Below are positions 18,300-27,679 of a DNA stretch of 64,000 bases, piece after piece; position 1 is the stretch's first letter, and each line of letters opens with the position of its first letter. This stretch comes from Desulfurococcaceae archaeon (lineage in GTDB: Archaea; Thermoproteota; Thermoprotei_A; Sulfolobales; Desulfurococcaceae). The notes below the pieces were generated by a model, which saw nothing but the letters and a program-made list of their open reading frames with translations, was not told the DNA's origin and made no database searches. The translations under genes and the position numbers were made by a program. The stretch spans positions 288,001-352,000 of the forward strand of contig JAWAJB010000001.1 of NCBI GenBank assembly GCA_038888155.1, in the 5' to 3' direction.

Positions 18300-18817
18300 A
18301 TGGGTGAGCCTCAGCCAAAGAAGGTTGTGGGCAAGTCTGTTGCGATTGCTTTAGGACTTATATGTGCTGTCTTGTCTACTGGTCTGGTTGGTGCGGTGAC
18401 ATATTACACGTCAATAATCAATCAGAAGGACTCAGAGATAGCTGAACTGCAGGGACAGATCTCCGCACTGCAGTCGCAGGTAAACGAGCTTAGAGCCATA
18501 GTAAACCTCGAGAAAGTCGCAGCAATAGCTGACCACAGGATAATTAATCAGCCGCCAAGCTCGGCCACCACCTGGCCCTCCCGGCGAATTACGCTGGGTA
18601 CGAAGTCATTCAGATACACTCCTCCACAACGGATAAGACTTACGTCGAGGTGATCGTGAACAGCAATGTTGGAGCATCCTATAAGTTGACGTGGAGTGTG
18701 GGCTCAAGCGGCACCGTGACCGCACCAGTATTGCCGGGCTCAGTTCTCATTCAGTTAGGGAACAATAATATACTTAGCGGAGCAACCATGGAGGTATCAA
18801 TAAAGTACTGCTATTAA
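18300..18817 (+). pseudogene. Membrane-anchored coiled-coil plus beta-domain protein, frameshifted near 18580
   Basis: TM helix and coiled coil; the second frame continues ANYAGY...TTDKTYVEV...GATMEVSIKYCY to a stop at 18817. Confidence 0.7.
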
Positions 18818-19035
18818 TTCCTTAACGTATTTTTAAGCGTGGAATTCCACAAGGTCTTTTGCTAATCAAGACCTTAAAATAATCCTCTCGAGGAGCACGA
18901 GCATCTGGGCTTTAGTGCAAGTCACGGATTAACCACCGAGTATGGGTTAGGCGGGGGGGTATACATAAGCCTTTATGTAACTCCGTTCCATAGACTGAGG
19001 TCCCACCGAAAGTATCGGGGATCAACTCTGTGTGG

Positions 19036-20163
19036 TTAAGGCCTTGATTTCTTTGTTTCTAGTTGGGATCTGGACCTCATAGTCAATAGGTCCATGTAGA
19101 ACTTAGCCATGCCTGGGTGGAGGGCTAGGAGGTAGATGTGCGTTATGGGTTCTTCGGTTTTGCAGATGAACTGTCCGCCTTTAGCACGTCTAGTTACTAT
19201 CACATTTGTTGCTTCCAGTTTTGCTGTTAGAGTGATTAAGTAGCCTAGTAATTCTCTTTTATTACCCTCATTTTTATAGACTTTAGCCATTTTAACGTGT
19301 TGTAGGATCCCTTTCTCTAGATCTTCTATAGTTGTGACTTCTTTTTCTTCAGGTATTAGATTTGCTGGTTGGGTTGTTTCCTCGCCTACTCGCTCTATGC
19401 TGTACCTACTGCTTCCCAGTGCCTTCAGTCTTTTTTCTGCGAGCGACCGAGGTAAAAAAACTACAGGGATGGGTCTTAGCAACTCCGTTCCAGGGATTGG
19501 CGTGAGCGGTGCAATCATCATCAGTATTCTTGAAGACTTGCCTCTCTTACCACCTCTAAAGCAGTTGTTCACCGTGTAATCCTCAATGAGTCCCTCAACC
19601 CATTCGCTGAATACGTCTCTATGGGCTTTTTCATTCTCAACGTACTTGGTGTACGCTAAGTATGCTGAAACTACTAGCGAGCTGATTATGAATGTTGATG
19701 TGTAGATAGCGTAGGTGTCAAATAACGGCGTTAAAACGAGAGGACCTCCGTAGTATATTGCGTAGTGATCAACGATCGATATCACCAGAACTAGCAGGGC
19801 ATAATACGAGAACCAGAACACAATAGTGAATATCACGAACTTGCCCGATATTCTATCATTAATGTCGTCTAAGAAGCACGTCTCGCCAAGACGCTCAAGC
19901 AACTCAGGCACCTCACCAATGTTGAAACCTTCCTCAGCTGCCTCCCTTAATGCGTTAAGGATCCTCTGCCTAAGATAGGGTAGTAAGCTAACATAAGAAG
20001 CTAGAAACACTATCACGAAGAGCGGGTGCCAGTAAGTAATCCATGAGACCCCGAATAGAAGCCTGATCAGCCAGTAGAAGAGGACAGATAGACACACATG
20101 CACTACTAACCGGGGCTTTCTAGCGACGCCCCCTATCAGCTCATACATTAACGAGTCAATCAT
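19036..20163 (-). CDS. Hypothetical membrane protein (about 4 TM helices plus a soluble C-terminal domain)
   Basis: 375-aa intact ORF with hydrophobic N-terminal segments. Confidence 0.7.
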   Translation of the reverse strand: MIDSLMYELIGGVARKPRLVVHVCLSVLFYWLIRLLFGVSWITYWHPLFVIVFLASYVSLLPYLRQRILNALREAAEEGFNIGEVPELLERLGETCFLDDINDRISGKFVIFTIVFWFSYYALLVLVISIVDHYAIYYGGPLVLTPLFDTYAIYTSTFIISSLVVSAYLAYTKYVENEKAHRDVFSEWVEGLIEDYTVNNCFRGGKRGKSSRILMMIAPLTPIPGTELLRPIPVVFLPRSLAEKRLKALGSSRYSIERVGEETTQPANLIPEEKEVTTIEDLEKGILQHVKMAKVYKNEGNKRELLGYLITLTAKLEATNVIVTRRAKGGQFICKTEEPITHIYLLALHPGMAKFYMDLLTMRSRSQLETKKSRP

Positions 20164-20309
20164 GAGCCCAAAGTAAAATACTCTACAGCAACTATATAAA
20201 GAGAGAATCTAATAAGTTGCCTAAAACTCTATAGCCTCCTAAGACTACCCTCATGTTTAAGTAGTCCCTTATAGCCTGTCGATTCCGCCATGGCTTTTCC
20301 TTCTCTGCG

Positions 20310-21036
20310 TTAATAATTGAGGTGTGAGTAGTGTTCTAGCGTTGTTTTTACTGCGTTTACTATGATCTTCTTGTGTTCTTCCGTGACGGGACTGGCTTTG
20401 AGGTGTTGCTCCAGTCACAGCCCGCTCTCTCTTATTTTCTGTTTGGGGGAGTGTCTTCCGAGCCACTGGTCTGATGGCCTGCAGAGCCCGCAACCCGCTA
20501 CCGTCCCTATGAGGACTCTCTAACTCCTTAATCCTCCCTACATCTGAGGGGTTCTCTAATGCGATGAACCTGAATGTGAAGTTTTCCCTAAGTATTCTCG
20601 TGATTTCTGCTTCTATAGCCTTCTCCTTCTCTATGTCCCTGAGGTGGCTGAAGAGCTCCTTGTTCTTCCTAGGCGTGAAGTCCTTCTCCCATACCTGCAG
20701 GTATGGATCGCTATCTCTGTTGAGGAGGGCTCTCCCAATGTTCTTCCTGAAGACGCTCCTGTCGGAGGGCTTCGGCTTATCTTTATCGAAGTTCATCCGT
20801 GACTCGTCAAGGAGGAAGTGCTCTCCCATCCGGCTCCTGAAGTTGCCCTCCCCGCTGTGCGTGCCGATCCTGACGATCCTCGGCTTAACCCCTCCGTGCC
20901 TCCAGATCTCCCCCTTCTCGTAGAAGAAGTATATCCCGCTTTTAGGGAGCCGCTCAAGCTCGAAGGGATACCTAATCATGGGGAGCTGTTCCAGCTGCTC
21001 ATGTAGCCACTTACAGAGCTCAGACACCAGACTCAC
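20310..21036 (-). pseudogene. GIY-YIG-like nuclease, disrupted
   Basis: SGIYFFYE...RIVRIGTH...FRSRMGEH. Frameshift near 20514 into LIGTVAGCGLCRPSDQWLG, plus an in-frame TGA. Confidence 0.6.
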
Positions 21037-21436
21037 CTAATTTCCTCGAGATGCTTAAATAGCCTCACCCTACCTCTCAGCTTAGTCTCTCTCAGTAATC
21101 TCCTGTACAGTGGGTGGAAGCGTCTGGGATTGTGATAGAACCATATCTCATCGTAGCCTGTAAGCTTTCTATCGAAGTCTTCTAGGAGTTTATTAAACTC
21201 TTCTTCAGTAACCGTGCCCGGATCCTTCTCGTACCACCCATGCTCGACATCTGGAAACTAAACACCGTAGAGGTCGTAAAATATTGCCCACTCAACCACC
21301 ACCTCCTTACACCTCCTTATAAACCTCTTAATGTAGGTGGCTTATACAACTTATCCGGAGTCACATTCCTCCCAGTACCTCTCAATGAATCATCCTTCTT
21401 AGCAGAGCAGTGAGTTAAGTAGACCCGTTGCCTCAC
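21033..21436 (-). pseudogene. DUF6884-like protein, disrupted (not in ORF track)
   Basis: VYLTHCSAKK...TPDKLY/fs/ATYIKRF...WAIFYDLYGV*FPD...WYE. Its stop overlaps the next start (GTGA). Confidence 0.55.
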
Positions 21437-21467
21437 ACACCACCTTAGACCAGCTTTTCGGGCACAA

Positions 21468-21654
21468 TCATTCCTTCTTTTTGGCTACTATCCTCATTGT
21501 GAAGTTTTTGTATTTGCCTGTAGGGTCTACTTGGTACCTGAACTTACCACTGCATCTCGGGCACTGATGGAGGTTGACGTTCCAGAAGCGAACCTCCACG
21601 ACTTAAGGGTCTTGAACTCATCCTCATATAACTACAGAAAGGACACTTAACCAT
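21468..21654 (-). pseudogene. Zn-ribbon protein paralogous to 3768-3965, frameshifted (not in ORF track)
   Basis: MVKCPFCSY/fs/DEFKTLKSWR/fs/FWNVNLHQCPRCSGKFRYQVDPTGKYKNFTMRI. Confidence 0.65.
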
Positions 21655-21871
21655 TATAATCACCTTGATGTATTACGGCCCCGGCCTAGTTAAACCTCTA
21701 TTTCCTTGTGGTTGTTGTATTTTTCCGTAGTGTTGTATGTCTGGTGTTGTTTGGTTGTAGCACTATCCAGTTGATACTCTTCAGGTTTACTTTGCGGCTT
21801 GCCTAGAGCTTCAGCAGGAGCTCATCAGCCACGGGTTCTACGTTCCTAAGAGTCCTGATGAGAGGTTCCTC

Positions 21872-22404
21872 ATGCCGGTGCCGCTGATCTACTCCAACTT
21901 TCGTGGGAGGTTGAAGCCTGTCGAGCCTGTGACTGTTGAGAGGCTCATGCCTCCTGATTGGCTTGGGCTCACGCCGCAGCAACTCGGCTGGGTCGAGACT
22001 CTCAGGGGTGGGAAGGAGGTGTACGTTAATGTGGGGGTGGAGGACGACAAGGTTGTTATGGACTTAGATGTTAGGGGGTACCACCTTGAGAGGACGTCGA
22101 TCAGGGGCGTTAATCCCAATAAGTGGACTAACTGGGCTATGCTTTATGTCAGCGTTGAGTACCTCAATGAGCTTATCGCTTCTCTCAGGGGTTTCCTGCC
22201 TAGCCGTTACGGCTTGCTAGTTCCGGGAGGGTTCCTTAGCGGAGGAGGGAGGTCCAGCAGGGAGGTAAGGAAGTCACGTACTACGTTGAGGTTTCTGTGA
22301 GGGACTTCAGTCCCTGTCTAGGGTGTTTTGATTTGGCTAGACGCTACCACAATGTCAAGGCTGGAGAGCACTGCGTGATCGACTCTAACTCGTCCCTCCG
22401 CTAA
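21872..22404 (+). pseudogene. Hypothetical protein, probably frameshifted near 22240
   Basis: 142-aa ORF; another frame continues VQQGGKEVTYYVEVSV...CLGCFD. Confidence 0.4.
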
Positions 22405-22559
22405 GGAACCCCCAACTCTGTTGTCAGTGTCATGAAGCTGAGGCTGAAGCGTAGTCCCGCCGTCAAGTCATTCGCTAAGGTGGACGTGGCTAGGATATCA
22501 GGTAAGAGGCCGCAGGCGATGGTGAAGCTTGCTTCCGAGGAGCCCAGAATCACGATTCG

Positions 22560-22790
22560 TGGAGTGCTGAAGGACTCATAGCTAGACTTATTCAGCTCTA
22601 TGCGTTTGAACACCTTACTCACGTCCTCCTTACCGCAGAGCCTCAGCTCGGCCAGCCTCGGAACGTAGTACATTTACTGCTTGAGTGTGAACTCCCTCAA
22701 GCCCGGATTATCCTTAACCAGCCACGCCCTGAACTCTCCAACAAGCTCCAGAGTTATCTCAACGCACTCATGGATAACTTTACGCCTGGA
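22560..22790 (-). pseudogene. Int(C)-like tyrosine integrase remnant (N-terminal SAM-like part)
   Basis: ELVGEFRAWLVKDNPGLREFTLKQ*MYYVPRLAEL resembles the EFxxWL...T.K.Y..Y pattern of archaeal integrases; internal stop at 22674-22676. Confidence 0.45.
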
Positions 22791-22907
22791 ATCACTGCTC
22801 AGTCCTGGGCGGTAGTGGGCTATCTCCTCTCTATTTTCCAACTGTTGTTCTGCGTGGAGATAAATTTAATAAAGGCCTTGACTTTTTCAGCGATTGGGTG
22901 TGTAAGT

Positions 22908-23282
22908 ATGAAGTGGAGTGCAGTATACGCGCTTATTTACTCTATTTTCGCTCTCTCGTACGTCCTTCCCTGGGCAACGCTAAACGGGGAAGCCCTCTAC
23001 GGCTTCTCCATCCAGCCCTTCTCCCTTCCCTACTTGATAGGCGCCGCAGTGGGGCTGCTAACCTTTGTCTCTAAGCGCAGGTTAACGCTACTAGTATTAA
23101 TTGCGGGCTTACTGGGGGTAATTGGAGTTCTCCTAGTGGCTTTCTGGTGGTACGGGCTAGCCCTCCACTACTTCGCTGGTAGCGGAGTTAAGGTATTGCT
23201 CGAGCCAGGCGCTTGGTTAGCCCTTGTATCATCAGCGCTCTACGCAGCGCTCGGCGCACTTATCCGCAGGAGGTACGCTTAG
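22908..23282 (+). CDS. Small membrane protein (4 TM)
   Basis: Hydrophobic ORF; ATG 22908 with GGGTG RBS. Confidence 0.7.
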   Translation: MKWSAVYALIYSIFALSYVLPWATLNGEALYGFSIQPFSLPYLIGAAVGLLTFVSKRRLTLLVLIAGLLGVIGVLLVAFWWYGLALHYFAGSGVKVLLEPGAWLALVSSALYAALGALIRRRYA

Positions 23283-23343
23283 TTAAACAGCGCGATGAAG
23301 TTAAGGAGGGTAGTTTAAGGGTTAGAGCAGAGCAAAAAAGTTG

Positions 23344-23679
23344 TTAGCCCCATTTGTTCTTCTTCATGTGGACTTCAAGCTCAGCTTTTATCTTCTGAGT
23401 TGTTATGAGCGCGAAGTCTTTTGCCTCAACGAAAATTTTGTAGCAGCCTGGGTCTAGGTTGTCCTGTATGCCTTTGTCCGCTATTTCGAGCAACTCCTCT
23501 AGGAGGACAAGCGCTTTCATGTGTAGGAAGTTGCTTAGCCTAGACCTCAATATCAGCTTCTCTTCCTCTTCAGTTAGCTGCCTGAATTTCTCCCTCGGGG
23601 CTCCACACCTAGGGCATTTCTCAGGTGCCTCTGGGCCCTCGTACACTAGGCCGCACACGCTACACTTCCACATTGTCAT
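23344..23679 (-). CDS. Rubredoxin-like domain protein
   Basis: WKCSVCG...PEKCPRCGA followed by a helical domain (DNLDPGC). Confidence 0.85.
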   Translation of the reverse strand: MTMWKCSVCGLVYEGPEAPEKCPRCGAPREKFRQLTEEEEKLILRSRLSNFLHMKALVLLEELLEIADKGIQDNLDPGCYKIFVEAKDFALITTQKIKAELEVHMKKNKWG

Positions 23680-23981
23680 GCAAACTCATCTCTTCTAGAA
23701 ATAGAAATAGAGGAAAGAGTTATTAAACCTGTTTATTCAAAGAGCTAACTTTTTCACGCGGAGTTTTAACTGCTCTAAAGTTCGCCAGTGAAATAAGCGA
23801 ATTTGAGCCCCCTAAAGCTTAATAACTTAATGGGGTTTTGAAGAGGAGCTCGCGCCTATGGAAATAAGCTGTTGCCTTGCGTTATCACGAGCGCAGAGGT
23901 GGGTTAAGTCAACGTTTTCGGGGATAGGGAGAGAGGCGCTTTTGCGCTCAAGCTGCAAGCCTACACTGGAGGGGGAAGGAA

Positions 23982-26900
23982 ATGAGCAGGGTCTCTACGG
24001 GTAGCGTTCTCTCGAGTAAAGGTTACAGCTACCTCAGCTACGTAGAGCCAGGGTCTGATCCCCGCACAACAAGCGCGCTCTTTAAGGACGTAGTGCCAGA
24101 GCTATCTCTTCTCGATATTGGCGGGCAGAGGCTATATGCTCATCAGCATGTAGCTTACTCGAAGCTCAGAGAGGGCCTAAACGTAGTCCTAAGGGCGGGT
24201 ACAGGTAGCGGAAAGACAGAGGCCTGGACGCTCTACTTCCTCGAGCAGGTGAAGAGCTCTAGGGATTACTACGCTATTGCGCTCTACCCCACGCTGGCTC
24301 TAGCTAATGATCAAATCAAGAGGCTAGAAAAATACTTGGGCGCAGTCAACAAGAAGCTGCTCCAACTGGATAGCGTAAAGAAAGAAGAGCTCTCGAAGAG
24401 ATCAAGGCTGAGCGAGTTGAAAAATACAGTGGCTTTATCTAACCTCGTTGTAACTAACCCAGCGTTTTTGCTCCACGACTTAAAGAAATACTTCACTAGA
24501 AAGGAGTCCTCTCTCTTATCCCCTCTCTACAGCAAGCTTAACCTGCTAGTAATCGACGAGCTGGACTTCTACGGTCCCCGCAGCTTGGCACTATTACTAG
24601 CCATGATATCGCTCCTCTCTAGAGTGAGCGAGAGGAATGTACAGGTGGCTATTCTATCTGCAGGCATTGCCAACCCAGAGGAGCTCTGCTCCTTCCTCGA
24701 AGAAAATACGAGCCGCAAGTGCGTCAGCGTCGAGGGGGAGCCTTTTCGCGTGGTGAACTACGGGTATATTGTTCTGGGTAAAAACATAGAAGCCCTGTGG
24801 AAAAACATTAGAGAGGAGTGGCCCAGCATTTTAAGCAAGAACCCAGAGCTCAAGGGCCTCTCGGATGCTGTAAACAACTTCGAAGAGTTCAAGGGGAGGG
24901 CCTACCAAGTAGTATCAGTTATTGAGAGCTTAGGCTACACTGCTCCAAGCCTCAGCGTAGACATCTCCGAACTAGTGCCCGAGTACTTCAAGGACAGCTA
25001 CGTTACCCTAGTGTTCACTAGGAGCATTAGCGCAGCTGAAGAGCTCGTGAGAAGCGTAAAATCTAAGCTCGGCGAGGGCGCCCCAATTGCAGCTCACCAC
25101 CACTTAGTTTCAAAGAAGCAGAGAGAGGAAATTGAGGATAAGGTCAGGAGGGGAGAAGTAAAAGTCGTTGTATCTCCGCGAACTCTTTCACAGGGAATTG
25201 ACATAGGGCTTGTAGCCAGAATAGTCCACCTCGGGCTACCAGACGACGTTAGGGAGTACTACCAGAGAGAGGGGAGGAAGGGGCGGAGAAAGGAGGTTGA
25301 GTTCTCGGAGACAGTTATAATACCTCACTCGAGGTGGGACAGAGAGCTGTTGAGCAATGGAGTAGATGCGTTTAAGTCTTGGCTAAACTTAGGCCTAGAG
25401 AGAACGCTTGTGAACTCGGGCAACTTGTACATATACTTGCTAACGGGCCTCATTAAGTTGATATCTCCTTGGTTTAAACAGGACTTAAGCGCTAGGGAGA
25501 GAGAGGCGCTAGAGAGAGCAGGCGCAATTACAGCTGAGGGGCATTTAAGCGAGGACAGGCTCAGGGAGATATTCGATAAAATCAACTTCTACGAGTACGC
25601 CCCGCCGTACGGGATTAAGAGATACATTGAGAGAGAGGGGAAGCTTCAACCGCTAGAGCCTATAGGGCACTGCGACTTAGTTGAGAAGTTTCAGCCAGGG
25701 TGCATAGACTACGGAGAGGAAGCCCTCGTAGTAGCGCTAGAGCAGGGCAAAACCTCGAGGCTGATTAAGAGCGTAGTAGAGAAGAGGATCCGCGAAATAG
25801 ATTTCAAATCCTACGACGGGCTCGCAGAGGCTCTCGAAGAGTACAGGTACTCTAAGTTAAAGTGGAACGAGTCTCCCCACATAATAAAGGACCTCCTCGC
25901 CGGGAGAGTAACTAGCGAAATGATGTGCATAGTGTACACTCCTAGAAACGGCTTCGGAAGGTACACTAAAGTACCTGAGAGGTGCATTTGGGTAGTGCGC
26001 TCTGAGAGGCCGAAGTACGTGCTCGCCCGCGGAAAGCCGCTTGTGTACTACGACAAGAGGGCAATATACGTGCCAATGCCAATTGGAGGAGAGTACAGGG
26101 ACTTCACCTACGGTTTTACGTACTCAATTGACACACGCGAAAACGCCGACCTAGTCAGGCTTGGGCTGGCCCTCATTATGGTTGCAGTGAGGAGGTTTCT
26201 AGGCATACCCTTTGAGACAATTATGTACGATGTAGCTAAAATTGGCGAGTACAAGTACTTCTCACTGCACGAGCCTGAATCTGCTGGAATTATAGAGAAA
26301 ATAGATTGGCTAGGCCTCAGAGGGATAGTGGGGTCTTACTCACCCGATGATCTTGACCGCGTGCTGATATCCCAAATAGATGACATAGCCTACTCGACAT
26401 TAGTGACAATAGACTTCAACTGGGATATAGTCAAGGAGACCGCAATAAGAGTTATCGATTACATACTCGCGAGAGATAAAATCAAAGCTGTAGTTAAGGG
26501 CGTAGAAGTCGCCATACCCAGGCCCAGCCCCGCCTTAAAGATAATTTCCCTCGCTACTGTAAGCGAGGTACTAGAGAGCGAGTCCCTTATGCCATCGCTG
26601 ATCACTGCCCTAGGCGTTTACGATGGCTCTGAGTTTTGGGGAGAAGTTGATTTATACCCTCCTATACCGTTTATTAAGCCCCCGCAGTCGCTCCTAGACC
26701 TAGAGAGCTTTATCACAGATAAAGTGCTCTACGAAGACTACAAGCTGCTCGTTGAGAGCAGAGAGAGCACGATCTCCCAGCTCAAGCAGTCTAACTTGAG
26801 GAGGCTTGTATCTCTAATAGAGGGCAGTAGAGAGAGCTCAATAGACCTATCGGACATCGCTAAAAACAGAGGGATAGGCAAGTTGAGCGTAGAGGAAGTA

Positions 26901-27107
26901 GCAACTGCCTCTGGGCTCTCGCCCGCAACAATAGGCCACGCAACTATTAGAAGCATCCTAGGGAAAGTAAGGGAGCACAAGAGAATACTCGAGAGGGAAA
27001 AGGGGCTAATTCTGAAGTACATAGAGGAGAAGTGCAGAAGCCTCTACATTGCTTACTTAGTTGTAGATACCTTGTCCAGGCAAGGCAGTATTAAGGGCCT
27101 CGCGTGA
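23982..27107 (+). CDS. SF2 DEAD/DEAH-box helicase (Hrq1/MrfA-like)
   Basis: LYAHQ (Q motif), AGTGSGKT, YPTLALANDQ, DELD, SAG, GIDIG, QREGRKGR. Confidence 0.88.
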   Translation: MSRVSTGSVLSSKGYSYLSYVEPGSDPRTTSALFKDVVPELSLLDIGGQRLYAHQHVAYSKLREGLNVVLRAGTGSGKTEAWTLYFLEQVKSSRDYYAIALYPTLALANDQIKRLEKYLGAVNKKLLQLDSVKKEELSKRSRLSELKNTVALSNLVVTNPAFLLHDLKKYFTRKESSLLSPLYSKLNLLVIDELDFYGPRSLALLLAMISLLSRVSERNVQVAILSAGIANPEELCSFLEENTSRKCVSVEGEPFRVVNYGYIVLGKNIEALWKNIREEWPSILSKNPELKGLSDAVNNFEEFKGRAYQVVSVIESLGYTAPSLSVDISELVPEYFKDSYVTLVFTRSISAAEELVRSVKSKLGEGAPIAAHHHLVSKKQREEIEDKVRRGEVKVVVSPRTLSQGIDIGLVARIVHLGLPDDVREYYQREGRKGRRKEVEFSETVIIPHSRWDRELLSNGVDAFKSWLNLGLERTLVNSGNLYIYLLTGLIKLISPWFKQDLSAREREALERAGAITAEGHLSEDRLREIFDKINFYEYAPPYGIKRYIEREGKLQPLEPIGHCDLVEKFQPGCIDYGEEALVVALEQGKTSRLIKSVVEKRIREIDFKSYDGLAEALEEYRYSKLKWNESPHIIKDLLAGRVTSEMMCIVYTPRNGFGRYTKVPERCIWVVRSERPKYVLARGKPLVYYDKRAIYVPMPIGGEYRDFTYGFTYSIDTRENADLVRLGLALIMVAVRRFLGIPFETIMYDVAKIGEYKYFSLHEPESAGIIEKIDWLGLRGIVGSYSPDDLDRVLISQIDDIAYSTLVTIDFNWDIVKETAIRVIDYILARDKIKAVVKGVEVAIPRPSPALKIISLATVSEVLESESLMPSLITALGVYDGSEFWGEVDLYPPIPFIKPPQSLLDLESFITDKVLYEDYKLLVESRESTISQLKQSNLRRLVSLIEGSRESSIDLSDIAKNRGIGKLSVEEVATASGLSPATIGHATIRSILGKVREHKRILEREKGLILKYIEEKCRSLYIAYLVVDTLSRQGSIKGLA

Positions 27108-27157
27108 ATACTTATCGCGGGGATACAAATTTGATCTTTATCGGCCAAGAGGTTTTA

Positions 27158-27493
27158 ATGCTACACAAGCTAGTAGCTCTACTAATGTTTGTCCTCTTAG
27201 TTATGATCTCGCTCCTCGAGATGAAGGGCTTGACTAAGCTCCTTTTATCTATAGTCCTTGCGTCTCTGTTCATCACAAACTACTTAGTTTTGCTCTACAT
27301 CTCCCGCTACGTTGACCTTGCAGTATACCCGCTATTTGTAGTGGAGTCTACTTCCAAGGGGTCAACTTTATACATTGATCTTGGGCAGGTATCAGCGCTG
27401 CTTGCAGCGCTAATTTGGAGGAACAGCATATTAAAACTAGTGGAGCCCGTCAATAGGTATTTAAAGCGCATTGCAGGCAAGATTAAAGGGTAG
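27158..27493 (+). CDS. Small membrane protein
   Basis: Hydrophobic ORF; ATG with GAGGT RBS. Confidence 0.6.
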   Translation: MLHKLVALLMFVLLVMISLLEMKGLTKLLLSIVLASLFITNYLVLLYISRYVDLAVYPLFVVESTSKGSTLYIDLGQVSALLAALIWRNSILKLVEPVNRYLKRIAGKIKG

Positions 27494-27679
27494 CCTATGC
27501 TTAGAGCTCTATTTTGCAGTAGGTTGCTTTAAGCAGGAAGCGCTCCCTTGGATCTACTTAGACCACACGCAGTAGATAGGGCTTTTGGGGGCTCAGCCAG
27601 CTCCTCTAGCTCGCCTATCAGGTTAGCGCAAAAAATCTTTAAGTTCTAGGGGTCAATATTAATAATCGGGATAGTTTCC

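Larger units (their letters stand above)
17938..22790. mobile_element. Decayed integrated element with SSV-type split-integrase geometry
   Basis: tRNA 3' half plus Int(N)-like frame at the left end, Int(C)-like remnant at the right end (both on minus), and a dense set of pseudogenes in between. Confidence 0.6.

Noticed and set aside
22801-22822. GGGCGGTAGT resembling a tRNA 5' start near the right end of the island
   Set aside because: No D-arm or further tRNA structure follows; too short to call.
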